From: an uncultured Chloroflexia bacterium
Lineage (GTDB): Bacteria > Chloroflexota > Limnocylindria > QHBO01
Direction: 5' to 3'
Length of the DNA: 64,000 bases
Assembly (NCBI GenBank): GCA_963825525.1
Contig: CAWGTN010000002.1
Coordinates: forward strand, 1,248,001-1,312,000
The notes under the pieces are model-generated. The model saw only the letters and a program-made list of their open reading frames with translations, was not told the DNA's origin and searched no databases. The stretch's first letter is position 1. Each line of letters starts with the position of its first letter. Positions 9,412 to 18,777 of this stretch are shown one piece after another. A program made the translations under genes and the position numbers.

Positions 9412-9459
9412 AGGTGCGCGGGCAGGACGCGCCGCTCCGAATCCGGAGTGCACCACCTC

Positions 9460-10812
9460 ATGACGACCATGGAGGCCCCGACCTCAGACGACGCTGCCCG
9501 CAAGCAGGGCGCGCCGTACATTCACACCGAACTGCCGGGACCGAAGGGACGCGCGCTCATCGAGCGCGACGAATCGGTTGCCAGTCCCTCGCTCACCCGC
9601 GCCTACCCCCTGGTTGCCGAGACCGGCTCCGGGATGGTCATCACCGACGTCGACGGCAATCGCTTCCTCGACTTCGCCGCCGGCATCGCGGTCTGCTCGA
9701 CAGGGCACAGCCACCCGAAGGTCGTCCAGGCCATCAAGGACCAGGCCGATCGGCTGATCCACATTGCCGCGACCGACTTCTATGAGCCCCGGTACACGGA
9801 GTTCATGGAACGCCTGGCCGCCATCGCCCCGTTCCAGGAGAAGGCACGCGTCTTCCTCACCAACTCGGGGACCGAGGCGGTCGAGGGCGCCATGAAGCTG
9901 GCGCGCTACCACACCCATCGGCCCGGAATCATCGCGTTCGAGGGCGGCTTCCACGGCCGGACGATGGGCGCGCTGTCGCTGACGAACTCCAAGGTGAAGC
10001 AGCGTGCCGGCTTCGGGCCGTTGATTCCCATGGTCCACCACGCACCGTTCCCGCGCGTCCGCGCCTGGCGCGAGGGGTCCGGTGGGGACGGGACGGCCGA
10101 GCTGGCCCACCTGAAGAACACGATCTTCGGGCGCCAGATCGCCCCATCCGACGTCGCCGCCATCGTGGTCGAGCCGATCCAGGGCGAGGGTGGCTACTTC
10201 CCGGCTCCGAAGGCCTTCATGCAGGGCCTGCGCGAGCTGTGCGACGAGCACGGCATCCTGCTCGTTGCCGACGAGATCCAGTCGGGCATGGGCCGCACCG
10301 GCAGCTGGTGGGCGATCGAGCACACCGGCGTCGAGCCGGACATCATCATGACCGCCAAGGGCATCGCCTCGGGCATGCCCATCGGGGCGTTCATCGCCCG
10401 TGACTCGGTCTGGACCTGGCCGCCCGGCGCGCACGGCTCAACCTTCGCCGGCAACCCGGTCTGCGCGGCTGCCGGCCTCGCCACCCTCGAGATCATCGAG
10501 TCCGAGGGACTGGCGAACGCGGCATCGATGGGTGCCCGCCTTCGAACGGGGCTCGAGCGCGTCGCCGAGGGTTCAGGAGAGATTCGCGACATCCGCGGCG
10601 CCGGCCTCATGCTCGGCGTCGAGTTCACCTCGGCCCAGGCCGCCGGAGCCGTGCAGGACGCGGCATTCCGTCGTGGCCTGCTGACGCTGGAGTGCGGCGA
10701 GTCATCGCTGCGCTTCAGCCCGCCGCTGATCGTGGACGCGGACTCGGTCGACGTGGCGATCCGCATCTTCGGCGAGGCGGTCGATGCGCTCGGGTCGTCG
10801 CCCGGTATCTGA
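9460..10812 (+). CDS. class III PLP aminotransferase (4-aminobutyrate/ornithine/acetylornithine family)
   Basis: DFAAGIAV, NSGTEAVE, FHGRT, EPIQGEGG, DEIQSGMGRTG, AKGIASG, HGSTFAGN. Confidence 0.93.
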   Translation: MTTMEAPTSDDAARKQGAPYIHTELPGPKGRALIERDESVASPSLTRAYPLVAETGSGMVITDVDGNRFLDFAAGIAVCSTGHSHPKVVQAIKDQADRLIHIAATDFYEPRYTEFMERLAAIAPFQEKARVFLTNSGTEAVEGAMKLARYHTHRPGIIAFEGGFHGRTMGALSLTNSKVKQRAGFGPLIPMVHHAPFPRVRAWREGSGGDGTAELAHLKNTIFGRQIAPSDVAAIVVEPIQGEGGYFPAPKAFMQGLRELCDEHGILLVADEIQSGMGRTGSWWAIEHTGVEPDIIMTAKGIASGMPIGAFIARDSVWTWPPGAHGSTFAGNPVCAAAGLATLEIIESEGLANAASMGARLRTGLERVAEGSGEIRDIRGAGLMLGVEFTSAQAAGAVQDAAFRRGLLTLECGESSLRFSPPLIVDADSVDVAIRIFGEAVDALGSSPGI

Positions 10813-10831
10813 ACCCGACAACTGGATCCAC

Positions 10832-10863
10832 GAGGAGGGCGTGGCGAGAGCCGCGTCCTCCTC
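10832..10863. terminator. hairpin between convergent genes, probable bidirectional terminator
   Basis: GAGGAGGGCGTGGC-GAGA-GCCGCGTCCTCCTC: 14-bp stem with a GNRA loop. Confidence 0.7.
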
Positions 10864-10871
10864 CGTCTCCG

Positions 10872-12032
10872 TCAGTTCAGCAGGTCAGAGAGGCTCGTCA
10901 GGCTGAAGCCGCGATCGCGGAGGCCGGGAACGATCAGCCGCAGCGCGCCCAGTGTCTCGTAGCCACCCAGGTGGAACAGGACGTTCGATCCGTTCACGCT
11001 GTTGTTGATGACCTTGCCGGCGATCTGCTGTGCCGACGGGCCGCCATCGGCCATCGGCTTCCAGTCGATGGTGTCGATGTCCCACATGAATGTCTTGGTG
11101 TAGCCCACTGACGCGGCCGCGGCGATCACTCCGTCGCTGATCGAGCCGTACGGCGGTCGCCAGTACGGCTGCGGGTTCTGGCCAGTGCCGGCCCGCAGAA
11201 TCGCCTCGGCATCGGTCAGCTCCCTGCGAATGCGATCGGCCGTGAAAGCGCCACCGGTGCAGGGTTGTGTCGACGGTGACCCGCCGCCACCGCGCACCAG
11301 GTCGCAGTGGTACATCGTGTGATTCGCAATCTCGAACAGCTCCGGATGCGCCGCGATGATGCTCATCACCTGCTGCCCCTGGGGCGTCTGGCTCATGATC
11401 CCGGTCGCAAAGATCGTCGCGCACACGCGATTCGCGACCAGGAAGTTCATGATGTCGATGGCGGGATCCATCCGCCCACCCATGTCGAAGGTCAGGGCGA
11501 CACCGGGCCCCGCGCCGGGGATTGTGCGGAACGTCTGAGCGGAGCCCGCCGCCACGCGGTTGCCGGCCGTGCAGCCCGCGGACGACGGCGGTGGTGTGGG
11601 CCCAGGCGTGCGGGGCGGTGCCGTGGGGTTCGGTCGCGGCGTGACTCCCGGCGCGACGCTCACGAAGAGCACCCAGCCCGGCTCGATCACGTTCGGATTG
11701 GCGGCCATCGAGGGGTAGCGATCGCGATTCCAGTCCTGGAGCTGCCCCGCGCTCGTACCGAAGGCACGGGCAATGGCGGAGAGCGAGTCGCCGCGCTGCA
11801 CCGTGTACTCGGTGCCTGCCACCGCAGTCGCGGTCGGCTCGGGCGAACTCGACGGTGACCCGGTCGGCTGGGAGGTCGGCGAAGCGCTGGGACTGTCGGT
11901 CGGCGACGGCTCCGGGGTCGGGGTGAACGTCCCGCCGGGGATCGACGGAGTCTCGGTCGGTGGAGTCGCGACCGCCGACGAGCATGCGGCCATCACCACG
12001 AGCAACGCGAGGAAGATGGCCGACGGACGCAT
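10872..12032 (-). CDS. lipoprotein with LysM and polysaccharide deacetylase (NodB/CE4) domains
   Basis: Lipobox MAAC; P/T linkers; LysM YTVQRGDSLSAIARAFG; TFDMG, NHTMYH, RPPYG, IDW, LFH. Confidence 0.9.
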   Translation of the reverse strand: MRPSAIFLALLVVMAACSSAVATPPTETPSIPGGTFTPTPEPSPTDSPSASPTSQPTGSPSSSPEPTATAVAGTEYTVQRGDSLSAIARAFGTSAGQLQDWNRDRYPSMAANPNVIEPGWVLFVSVAPGVTPRPNPTAPPRTPGPTPPPSSAGCTAGNRVAAGSAQTFRTIPGAGPGVALTFDMGGRMDPAIDIMNFLVANRVCATIFATGIMSQTPQGQQVMSIIAAHPELFEIANHTMYHCDLVRGGGGSPSTQPCTGGAFTADRIRRELTDAEAILRAGTGQNPQPYWRPPYGSISDGVIAAAASVGYTKTFMWDIDTIDWKPMADGGPSAQQIAGKVINNSVNGSNVLFHLGGYETLGALRLIVPGLRDRGFSLTSLSDLLN

Positions 12033-12035
12033 CGT

Positions 12036-12750
12036 CTAGTTCGGGTTGTAGCCGAGGTCGCCGGTCGGAATCGGCGGCATGGCACCGTCGTCCAGCAGGC
12101 TCGCCTCGCGACGCAGCAGGTCGAGCTCGGCCCCGAGCCGGGTGGCCGCATCAGGCAGCTCGAGCAGCCGTTGCTTTCGAGTGGAGCTCGACCTGGAGCA
12201 TGCCGCCCACCGCGTAGCTTGCGGCGACCGGGTCGTCGGGCAGTCGAATGGGCTTGAGAACTTCGTCCAGGGATGCGGTCACGTTGTTGGCCTCGGCGGA
12301 TGCGTCTCCCACTGACGCTGTGCGGGCCACGAAACGTTTCACGGTCGCGAGATACGCATCAAGCGCCGCCTGGACTCGCGGCAGCAGGGAGCTTGCATCG
12401 GCCCCCGCCGGTTCGTCCAACACGACGACGTCGGCCACCGCATATGGTCCCGACCGGTCCATGGCCGTGACGCGGGCACGTGCCGCCCCGACCACCAGGA
12501 GGAGCCATCGACCGTCAGGGAACTGCTCGGCGGTGTGGACCTCGCACACCGTCCCGATACCCTGGCTCTCGGCGTCGCCGCCGACCTCGGGACCGTCGGT
12601 GATCATGCTCACCACGAACCGACCGCCGTACGGCGAGTCGTCGGCCATGACGTCAGCGGCCATGGCGCGGTAGCGCTCCTCGAAGACATGCACGGGAAGC
12701 GGCATGTGCGGGAACAGGACCACGTGGAGCGGGAAATGGGGAAGGCGCAT
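12036..12750 (-). CDS. LON peptidase substrate-binding-domain protein (one apparent frameshift near 12183)
   Basis: [12 protein letters not shown]...[10 protein letters not shown]; removing one C restores [18 protein letters not shown]...YNPN*. Confidence 0.85.
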
Positions 12751-12774
12751 CGCTCGGCATGCTCGCACGCCCCG

Positions 12775-12824
12775 AGCCCGGCGGCAAACTCAGGCCGGGC
12801 GCCTCGCCCGGCCCGCGCCGGGCT
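12775..12824 (-). terminator. nested GC-rich hairpin at the end of the ALDH gene
   Basis: GGCCGGGCG-cct-CGCCCGGCC inside AGCCCGGCG...CGCCGGGCT. Confidence 0.45.
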
Positions 12825-14322
12825 ACTGCTCGTCGACGAACGTCGTGTCGATCTGCGCCCGCTGCAGCTTGCCGGAGTAGTCGATGTAGACGCTCTTCCA
12901 TTCGCTGAAGAAGTCGAGCGCCGCCTGACCGACCTCGCGATGGCCGTTGCCGGTCGCCTTCGTGCCGCCGAAGGGCAGGTGCGCCTCGGCGCCGATGGTG
13001 CCGTGGTTCACGTACCCCAGCCCTGACTCGAAGTCCCGGATGCTTCGGAATGCGAGGTTGACGTCCTGCGTGAAGAGCGAGGTCGAGAGGCCGTACTTCA
13101 CGCCGTTCACGATGCGCACCATCTCATCCCAGTCGGTGACGGGGATGACCGAGGCGACCGGCCCGAAGATCTCCTCCTGGGCAATGCGGGCGTCGGGCTT
13201 CACCTCGGTGAAGATGGTGGGTTCGAAGAACGAGCCCTTTGCCAGCTTCCCGTCGCGTGCCGCATGACCGCCGATCACGAGGTCAGCCTCATCGCGTCCG
13301 ATGGCGGCGTACGAGGCGATGCGCTCGACCGCCGCCTCGTTGATGACCGGACCGACATCGGTTGTCTCGTCGAGCCCGTCTCCCAGGACGAGCTTTGCGA
13401 CACGCTGCTGCAGTCGGTGCACGAAGTCGTCGTGAATGTTCCGGTGCACGATCAGGCGCGATGCTGCCGTGCAGCGCTGGCCCGACGTGCCGAATGAGGA
13501 CCAGATGACGCTGTCGAGCGCGAGGTCGAGGTCGGCGTCCTCCCAGATCACGATCGGGTTCTTGCCGCCGAGCTCGAGGCTGACACGCTTCAGCGTCTTC
13601 GCGGCACGGGTGCTGATCTCGACGCCGGTATCGGTGTGGCCGGTGAAGCTGATGACCCGGACGTCCGCATGGTCGACGATCGCGTTGCCGACTTCTCCCC
13701 CGGACCCTGTGACCACGTTCACGACTCCGTCGGGCAGACCGCCCTCGATGAGCAGCTCGACGAAGCGAACGAGGCAGGCCGGAGTGTCCGATGCGGGCTT
13801 GATGACCGCGGTATTGCCGCAGATGAGCGCCGGGAACAGCTTCCAGGCCGGGATCGCGACCGGGAAGTTCCAGGGCGTGATGATGCCGACCACGCCGATG
13901 GGACGGCGAATCGCCATCGCGAACTTGTCGGGCATCTCCGATGGGACCGTCTGGCCGAAGAGCCGGCGGCCCTCGCCGGCCATGTAGTACGCGACGTCGA
14001 TCGCTTCCTGGACGTCGCCACGGGCCTCCGGCAGAACCTTGCCCATCTCCCGCGTCATGAGCTTGCTCAGCTCTTCCTTATGCTCCGCCAGCACGCGCGC
14101 AATGCGGAACATGATCTCGCCACGCTTCGGGGCGGGCATCGAGCTCCAGCTCGGGTACGCCCGGCTGGCGGCCCGGACGGCCGCCTCGACATCGGCCGGG
14201 CCAGACGCCGGAAACTCTCCGATGACGTCGTCGTGATCGGCCGGGCTCACGCTGGTGAAGGTGGCCCCGGCTTCGGCGGGCTGCCACTCGCCGCCGATCA
14301 GGTTCTGGTAGGACTTCGTCAC
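12823..14322 (-). CDS. NAD-dependent aldehyde dehydrogenase (semialdehyde dehydrogenase family)
   Basis: ITPWNFP, ELGGKN, GQRCTA, EEIFGP, PFGG; GTG start behind AGGAG; TAGAAT on the minus strand at 14382-14387. Confidence 0.93.
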   Translation of the reverse strand: MTKSYQNLIGGEWQPAEAGATFTSVSPADHDDVIGEFPASGPADVEAAVRAASRAYPSWSSMPAPKRGEIMFRIARVLAEHKEELSKLMTREMGKVLPEARGDVQEAIDVAYYMAGEGRRLFGQTVPSEMPDKFAMAIRRPIGVVGIITPWNFPVAIPAWKLFPALICGNTAVIKPASDTPACLVRFVELLIEGGLPDGVVNVVTGSGGEVGNAIVDHADVRVISFTGHTDTGVEISTRAAKTLKRVSLELGGKNPIVIWEDADLDLALDSVIWSSFGTSGQRCTAASRLIVHRNIHDDFVHRLQQRVAKLVLGDGLDETTDVGPVINEAAVERIASYAAIGRDEADLVIGGHAARDGKLAKGSFFEPTIFTEVKPDARIAQEEIFGPVASVIPVTDWDEMVRIVNGVKYGLSTSLFTQDVNLAFRSIRDFESGLGYVNHGTIGAEAHLPFGGTKATGNGHREVGQAALDFFSEWKSVYIDYSGKLQRAQIDTTFVDEQ

Positions 14323-14509
14323 GAGGAAGGGTCTCCTGGAGAGGCAGGGCGCGCGGAATGGCGCTGCTCGGCTGCCGGTCAATTCTAGTCGGGTGAGCCG
14401 AATCCCGGCCCACCCGGGACATTCGCCACTGGAGCGCCGCCGCGTGGGTCACGATGATGGATCCACAAGTGAACATCCGTCGCGCCGGGATCCTGTGATC
14501 CAACGATAA

Positions 14510-14700
14510 CGGGGCTGAAGTAGTGGCACCCCGGAGCGAACGGTCGACAACGCCGGTCCCCAACGGGCCGGCGTTGTCACGTCCGGCAGTCCGCCCCGCG
14601 CCGATAAGGGACCAGTAAGCGTCGGATACCAGACTGCCGGCCAAGATGCTGAGGACGCCGCCCGAACCCCAACTCGCCTCCGATAGACAGGAGGCTGCTT
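14510..14700 (+). ncRNA. structured 5' leader, candidate cis-regulatory RNA
   Basis: Stems at 14546-14578 and 14583-14640, plus RBS-sequestering GCCTCC/GGAGGC at 14676-14695. Confidence 0.4.
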
Positions 14701-14701
14701 C

Positions 14702-15577
14702 ATGTTCTCGAGAAGAACCGCGATGGCGGTCATCGGCGCCGTGATGATCACGACGACGGTGGCGGTGCCCGTATCGGCCGCGAAACCCACGAAGCCACCG
14801 GCGCCCGCAGCGACCGAGCGTCCGCTGACGCCGAAGGAACGGGCCGCGGCGGATCGCAAAGTCGCCGCATCCGATGCGTACCTGGCGTCAATCGAGGGGT
14901 CGGGCTCGGACCTTCCGTCTCTCTCGTGCCCCACGCCGACGATCGTCGGCCCACAGGCGGTGACGCCGGACGCCTGTACGGTGCCGCAGGCCTACCTCGC
15001 GGTCGAGGCACGCAATCAGATCGCCGACCACTACTGCGGACCGGCAACCGGGCAGGTCATCGCAAACTATGCGTGGGCGGTGCCGACCGGTGTGAACAAG
15101 TACACCCAGCAGGTCCTCGCGGGCTGGATGCTGACCGACCAGAACGGGCTGACGAACGCGCCTGAGCTCGAAGTCGGGCTCGAGCGCGGCACCCAGGGGG
15201 CACCTCGTCGGCCGGCCGGGTGGGACTGGGTTGTGATGGATGTGCGCGACCGCAACGGCAACGGGATGACGGGTGACGAGGTCCATGGCTACGTGCGGAG
15301 CAACGTCAGCAGCTCGAGGATGCCGCTCGCGATTCCGGTGAAGCCGCACGACCCCGCGTCGAACTTCTACCTCGTCAGCTGGCCGAAAGCTGTGAAGTCC
15401 CCCGGTCACTGGATCGCGGCCTATGGCTGGTACGGAACGTATACCGGCACCACGTTCGCGCGGGTCTACTACGCGGACTCGTCGAAGGACCAGGGCGGTA
15501 GTACCGGCAAGTTCTGGGACCCAACGCGCGACATCGCAGCGCTGATTGCCGAGCACACGCGGCGGATCGTGTGGTGA
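14702..15577 (+). CDS. secreted C39-like (papain-fold) cysteine peptidase
   Basis: Signal peptide ending VSA-A; Q-x4-YCGPA (NQIADHYCGPA), GHWIAAYGW and YYADS give a Q/C/H/D catalytic set; GGAGG RBS. Confidence 0.75.
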   Translation: MFSRRTAMAVIGAVMITTTVAVPVSAAKPTKPPAPAATERPLTPKERAAADRKVAASDAYLASIEGSGSDLPSLSCPTPTIVGPQAVTPDACTVPQAYLAVEARNQIADHYCGPATGQVIANYAWAVPTGVNKYTQQVLAGWMLTDQNGLTNAPELEVGLERGTQGAPRRPAGWDWVVMDVRDRNGNGMTGDEVHGYVRSNVSSSRMPLAIPVKPHDPASNFYLVSWPKAVKSPGHWIAAYGWYGTYTGTTFARVYYADSSKDQGGSTGKFWDPTRDIAALIAEHTRRIVW

Positions 15578-16827
15578 ATCTGATGCTGGGCACCATCGCG
15601 ATCCTGGTCGCGGTGACGGTCATGGGGTCGGCGTGCAGCGCTGCCGGCCCCACCCGGCCGCTCGCCGCGACGCTGTCGCCCTCCTCGCCTTCGATCGGCC
15701 CGTCCTCCACGCCGACGGCGACGCCGCCACCGACCAGCGCACGATCGCCGCGTCCGAGCGCGAACCGGCTCGATCTCGAGGTGGGCACCATCGATCCTGA
15801 CTGGCTCTGGCCGATGCTCGACTTCGCGAGCGACAGTTACGCCATCATCTGGTCGTCCGGCGTCGCCGATGGGCCCGGGGGCAGCAACGCCCCGGATCTG
15901 TGGCGCTGGGTCCCGGGATGGGGCAAGCCCGAGCTCCTGTGGCGCAATCCGGCCCGTGACCGGCAGCTGGCGAAGGTCGCGGGCGACACGGATGTCTGGG
16001 CATTCGCCGAGATCAGCTCGAACGGAGAGGAATGGTGGAAGCTGTGGCTTCTCGAGGAAGGCTCGAGTGAGCCGATCCTCCTCGACTCCCAGGCGGGCGA
16101 CCCAGGCGTTCCGAGCCTCGTTCCGTCGTTCGACGTGGACAGTGGACGAATCGCATGGGCCTCGTTCGATCGCGGCCACGAGGCAGGCTCCAGCGTCAGC
16201 GAACTATGGATGGCCGAGGCCCCCGGATGGGAGCCCCGCCTGCTGGTTCGACATGACGACGCCACGAAGCATGCGCTCTGGCTGCCGTCCCTCTACGGCC
16301 AGCAACTGGCCTACGTCGACGTGACGCTCGCCGAGGACACGTCCGACGATGTCCGGCACGTGATGCTCCTCGACCTCGTCGAGCCGGCAGCGCCCGCCCG
16401 CCAGCTCGACACGTCCGGAAACGCGACGATGCCGGTGCTCACCTCGAATGAAGTCGTCTGGAAGGAGCCGGACGCCGGCTTCGCGATGTTCAACTGGGGG
16501 CGCCTGTACCGGTACTCGTTCGAGACCGGGACAGTCAGCGCTTTGTCGACGGGAGCCCAGGAGTACGTGAACTACCCGTCGGGTGGAGGTCGATTCGTCG
16601 CGACATGGGGCGCCGATTCATCGGTCTTCACCGTTCATGACCTGGATCGGCGTGCCAGCCGCCTCGTGGTCCAGTACGAGGACCAGACCGAGGGTGTCGC
16701 GCGGCCGCATCTCGCGGGCGACCTGCTGGTGTGGATGCACCGCCAGGAGGCCGACACGGGTGACACCCCTCCGGCACCGCTCGAGTGGGCCTGGCTGCCC
16801 GAGCCCGGGTCCGACCGAGGCAATTGA
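15574..16827 (+). CDS. hypothetical lipoprotein, probable beta-propeller (TolB-like repeats)
   Basis: Lipobox GSAC, P/S/T linker, repeated P-x-x-x-G-x-x-hydrophobic-W/Y units; GTGA overlap with the peptidase stop. Confidence 0.65.
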   Translation: MNLMLGTIAILVAVTVMGSACSAAGPTRPLAATLSPSSPSIGPSSTPTATPPPTSARSPRPSANRLDLEVGTIDPDWLWPMLDFASDSYAIIWSSGVADGPGGSNAPDLWRWVPGWGKPELLWRNPARDRQLAKVAGDTDVWAFAEISSNGEEWWKLWLLEEGSSEPILLDSQAGDPGVPSLVPSFDVDSGRIAWASFDRGHEAGSSVSELWMAEAPGWEPRLLVRHDDATKHALWLPSLYGQQLAYVDVTLAEDTSDDVRHVMLLDLVEPAAPARQLDTSGNATMPVLTSNEVVWKEPDAGFAMFNWGRLYRYSFETGTVSALSTGAQEYVNYPSGGGRFVATWGADSSVFTVHDLDRRASRLVVQYEDQTEGVARPHLAGDLLVWMHRQEADTGDTPPAPLEWAWLPEPGSDRGN

Positions 16828-16854
16828 GCGGCGGGGCGAGGCGCGGGCAGGAGC

Positions 16855-18240
16855 CTAGGGATGCGTCATGCGCATCACGTCGAGCGCTTTGTCGAGCTCC
16901 TCTACCGTGATGCGGCCGGCCTCGATGTGGCCGCGTTCGACGACGACCTGGCGGATGGTCTTGCGCTCGGCGAGCGACTGCTTGGCGATGCTGGCCGCCT
17001 CCTCGTACCCGAGGTGCCGGTTCAACGGCGTCACGATGGCGGGCGAGCTCTCGGCCATCTCGCGCAGACGCTCGACATTGGCGGTGATCCCGTCGATGCA
17101 CCGGTCCGCCAGGAGCCTGGTCGCGCTGGAGAGGAGCCGGATCGACTCGAGCACGTTCCGCCCGATCATCGGCAGCATGACGTTGAGCTCGAAGTTCCCC
17201 GCCGCACCGCCCCAGGCGACCGCCGCGTCGTTCCCCACGACCTGGGCACAGACCATGAGGGTGGCCTCCGGAATCACCGGATTGACCTTTCCGGGCATGA
17301 TGCTGCTCCCCGGCTGCAGATCGGGCAGGTTGATCTCGCCCAGACCGGCGCGAGGCCCGGACCCCATCCAGCGCAGGTCGTTCGCGATCTTGGTCAGGCT
17401 GACGGCGATCGTCCGCAGCTGCCCAGACAGCTCGACGAGCCCGTCGCGCGCTCCCTGCGCCTCGAAGTGATCCCGAGCCTCGGTCAGCGGCAGTCCGCTG
17501 GAGGCCGCCAGGCGGGCGATGACGCTGGCCCCGAAGCCCGGCGGGGAGTTGATGCCCGTCCCGACAGCCGTGCCGCCGAGCGGCAGCTCCGCGACTCGCG
17601 GAAGCGTGGCCCGGAGGCGCTCGACCCCCATGCGAGCCTGGGCCGCGTAGCCGCCGAACTCCTGCCCCAGGGTGACCGGCGTGGCGTCCATGAGATGCGT
17701 GCGACCCGCCTTCACGACGCCGGCGAACTCATCGCGCTTGCGCTCGAGCGATTCGGCGAGATGCTCGAGGGCCGGGACGAGCTCGGTGACGACGCCCGTC
17801 GTTGCCGCTACGTGGATCGAGGCCGGGAACAGGTCATTCGAGGACATCGGGTGGTTGACGTCATCGTTCGGGTGGACGTCGCGGCCGATCGACTCGCTGG
17901 CAAGCGAGGCGAGCACCTCGTTCATGTTCATGTTGCTCGACGTGCCCGAACCGGTCTGGAAGACATCGATCGGGAACTGGTCGTCGTGCACTCCGTCCGC
18001 CACCTCGCGGGCCGCGGCGCGAATCGCGTCCCCGGTCTCCGGATCGATCATGCCCAGCTCGACCTTCACCGCGATGACCGCGTCCTTGATCCGGGCGAGC
18101 GCTTCGATCTGCGACCGTTCGAGGGTCCGGCCCGAGATCGGGAAGTTCTCGACCGCGCGCTGCGTCTGGGCACGCCACTTTGCGTCAGCCGGGACGCGGA
18201 CCTCGCCCATCGAGTCGCGCTCGATTCGATCCTCGGTCAT
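16855..18240 (-). CDS. fumC: fumarate hydratase class II
   Basis: [43 protein letters not shown] signature. Confidence 0.96.
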   Translation of the reverse strand: MTEDRIERDSMGEVRVPADAKWRAQTQRAVENFPISGRTLERSQIEALARIKDAVIAVKVELGMIDPETGDAIRAAAREVADGVHDDQFPIDVFQTGSGTSSNMNMNEVLASLASESIGRDVHPNDDVNHPMSSNDLFPASIHVAATTGVVTELVPALEHLAESLERKRDEFAGVVKAGRTHLMDATPVTLGQEFGGYAAQARMGVERLRATLPRVAELPLGGTAVGTGINSPPGFGASVIARLAASSGLPLTEARDHFEAQGARDGLVELSGQLRTIAVSLTKIANDLRWMGSGPRAGLGEINLPDLQPGSSIMPGKVNPVIPEATLMVCAQVVGNDAAVAWGGAAGNFELNVMLPMIGRNVLESIRLLSSATRLLADRCIDGITANVERLREMAESSPAIVTPLNRHLGYEEAASIAKQSLAERKTIRQVVVERGHIEAGRITVEELDKALDVMRMTHP

Positions 18241-18686
18241 CGGCTGAAGTCGGGCGTCTCGGTCTCCGTGAACCGGATGACCGGCGGGATGAGGTAGGGA
18301 AGGTGGCCGTCGTCGAGATCCGACAGGATGCGTGACGCTTCCCCGATGAGCTCGTTGACGAACACGCCGTGATGGGCCGGCTGGTAGGGCCGAAGCTTGT
18401 CGAGGCCCTCGCGCAGCTTGTTCCGCGCACCACGCCGGTTGCGACGCTGAAGATGCAGCAGGCCGGCGGCAACCTGGATGAGGCCCTGGTAGAAATCGCG
18501 ATCCTCGTCGACGGCGGCGCGCCACAGCGTCTCCAAGGCCTCGTGGGCATGCCAGTAGCGGACCCCGTTGAAGAGTGCGACGGCCGTCCCGAAAAGACGG
18601 GCATGCTCCGCAGGGTCCAGCGGTCCCGTGCGGCCACGTTGGGGCGGAGAATCTGCAGCTGCCGGAATGGCGACGGTGTCGGTCAT
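18237..18686 (-). CDS. DUF309 domain protein
   Basis: [28 protein letters not shown]. Confidence 0.88.
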   Translation of the reverse strand: MTDTVAIPAAADSPPQRGRTGPLDPAEHARLFGTAVALFNGVRYWHAHEALETLWRAAVDEDRDFYQGLIQVAAGLLHLQRRNRRGARNKLREGLDKLRPYQPAHHGVFVNELIGEASRILSDLDDGHLPYLIPPVIRFTETETPDFSR

Positions 18687-18777
18687 GGCCGAGCGATCCT
18701 AACAGGCCTCGACATCCTGATCGGCGATCGTCGATTCATCCGGCGCGATCGCGGGCGATTTTGGCTAGCCTTCGTCC

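Noticed and set aside
11580-11980. Repetitive Pro/Thr/Ser-coding tracts (also near 4620-4740 and 15650-15760)
   Set aside because: Low-complexity lipoprotein linkers, not tandem DNA repeats or CRISPR arrays.
14454-14498. Short ORF MMDPQVNIRRAGIL as a leader peptide
   Set aside because: No RBS and no run of regulatory codons; cannot be supported.
14511-14548. GGGGCTGA...TCGAC resembling the 5' end of tmRNA
   Set aside because: Spacing is wrong and there is no matching T-arm or CCA 3' end, nor a tag reading frame.
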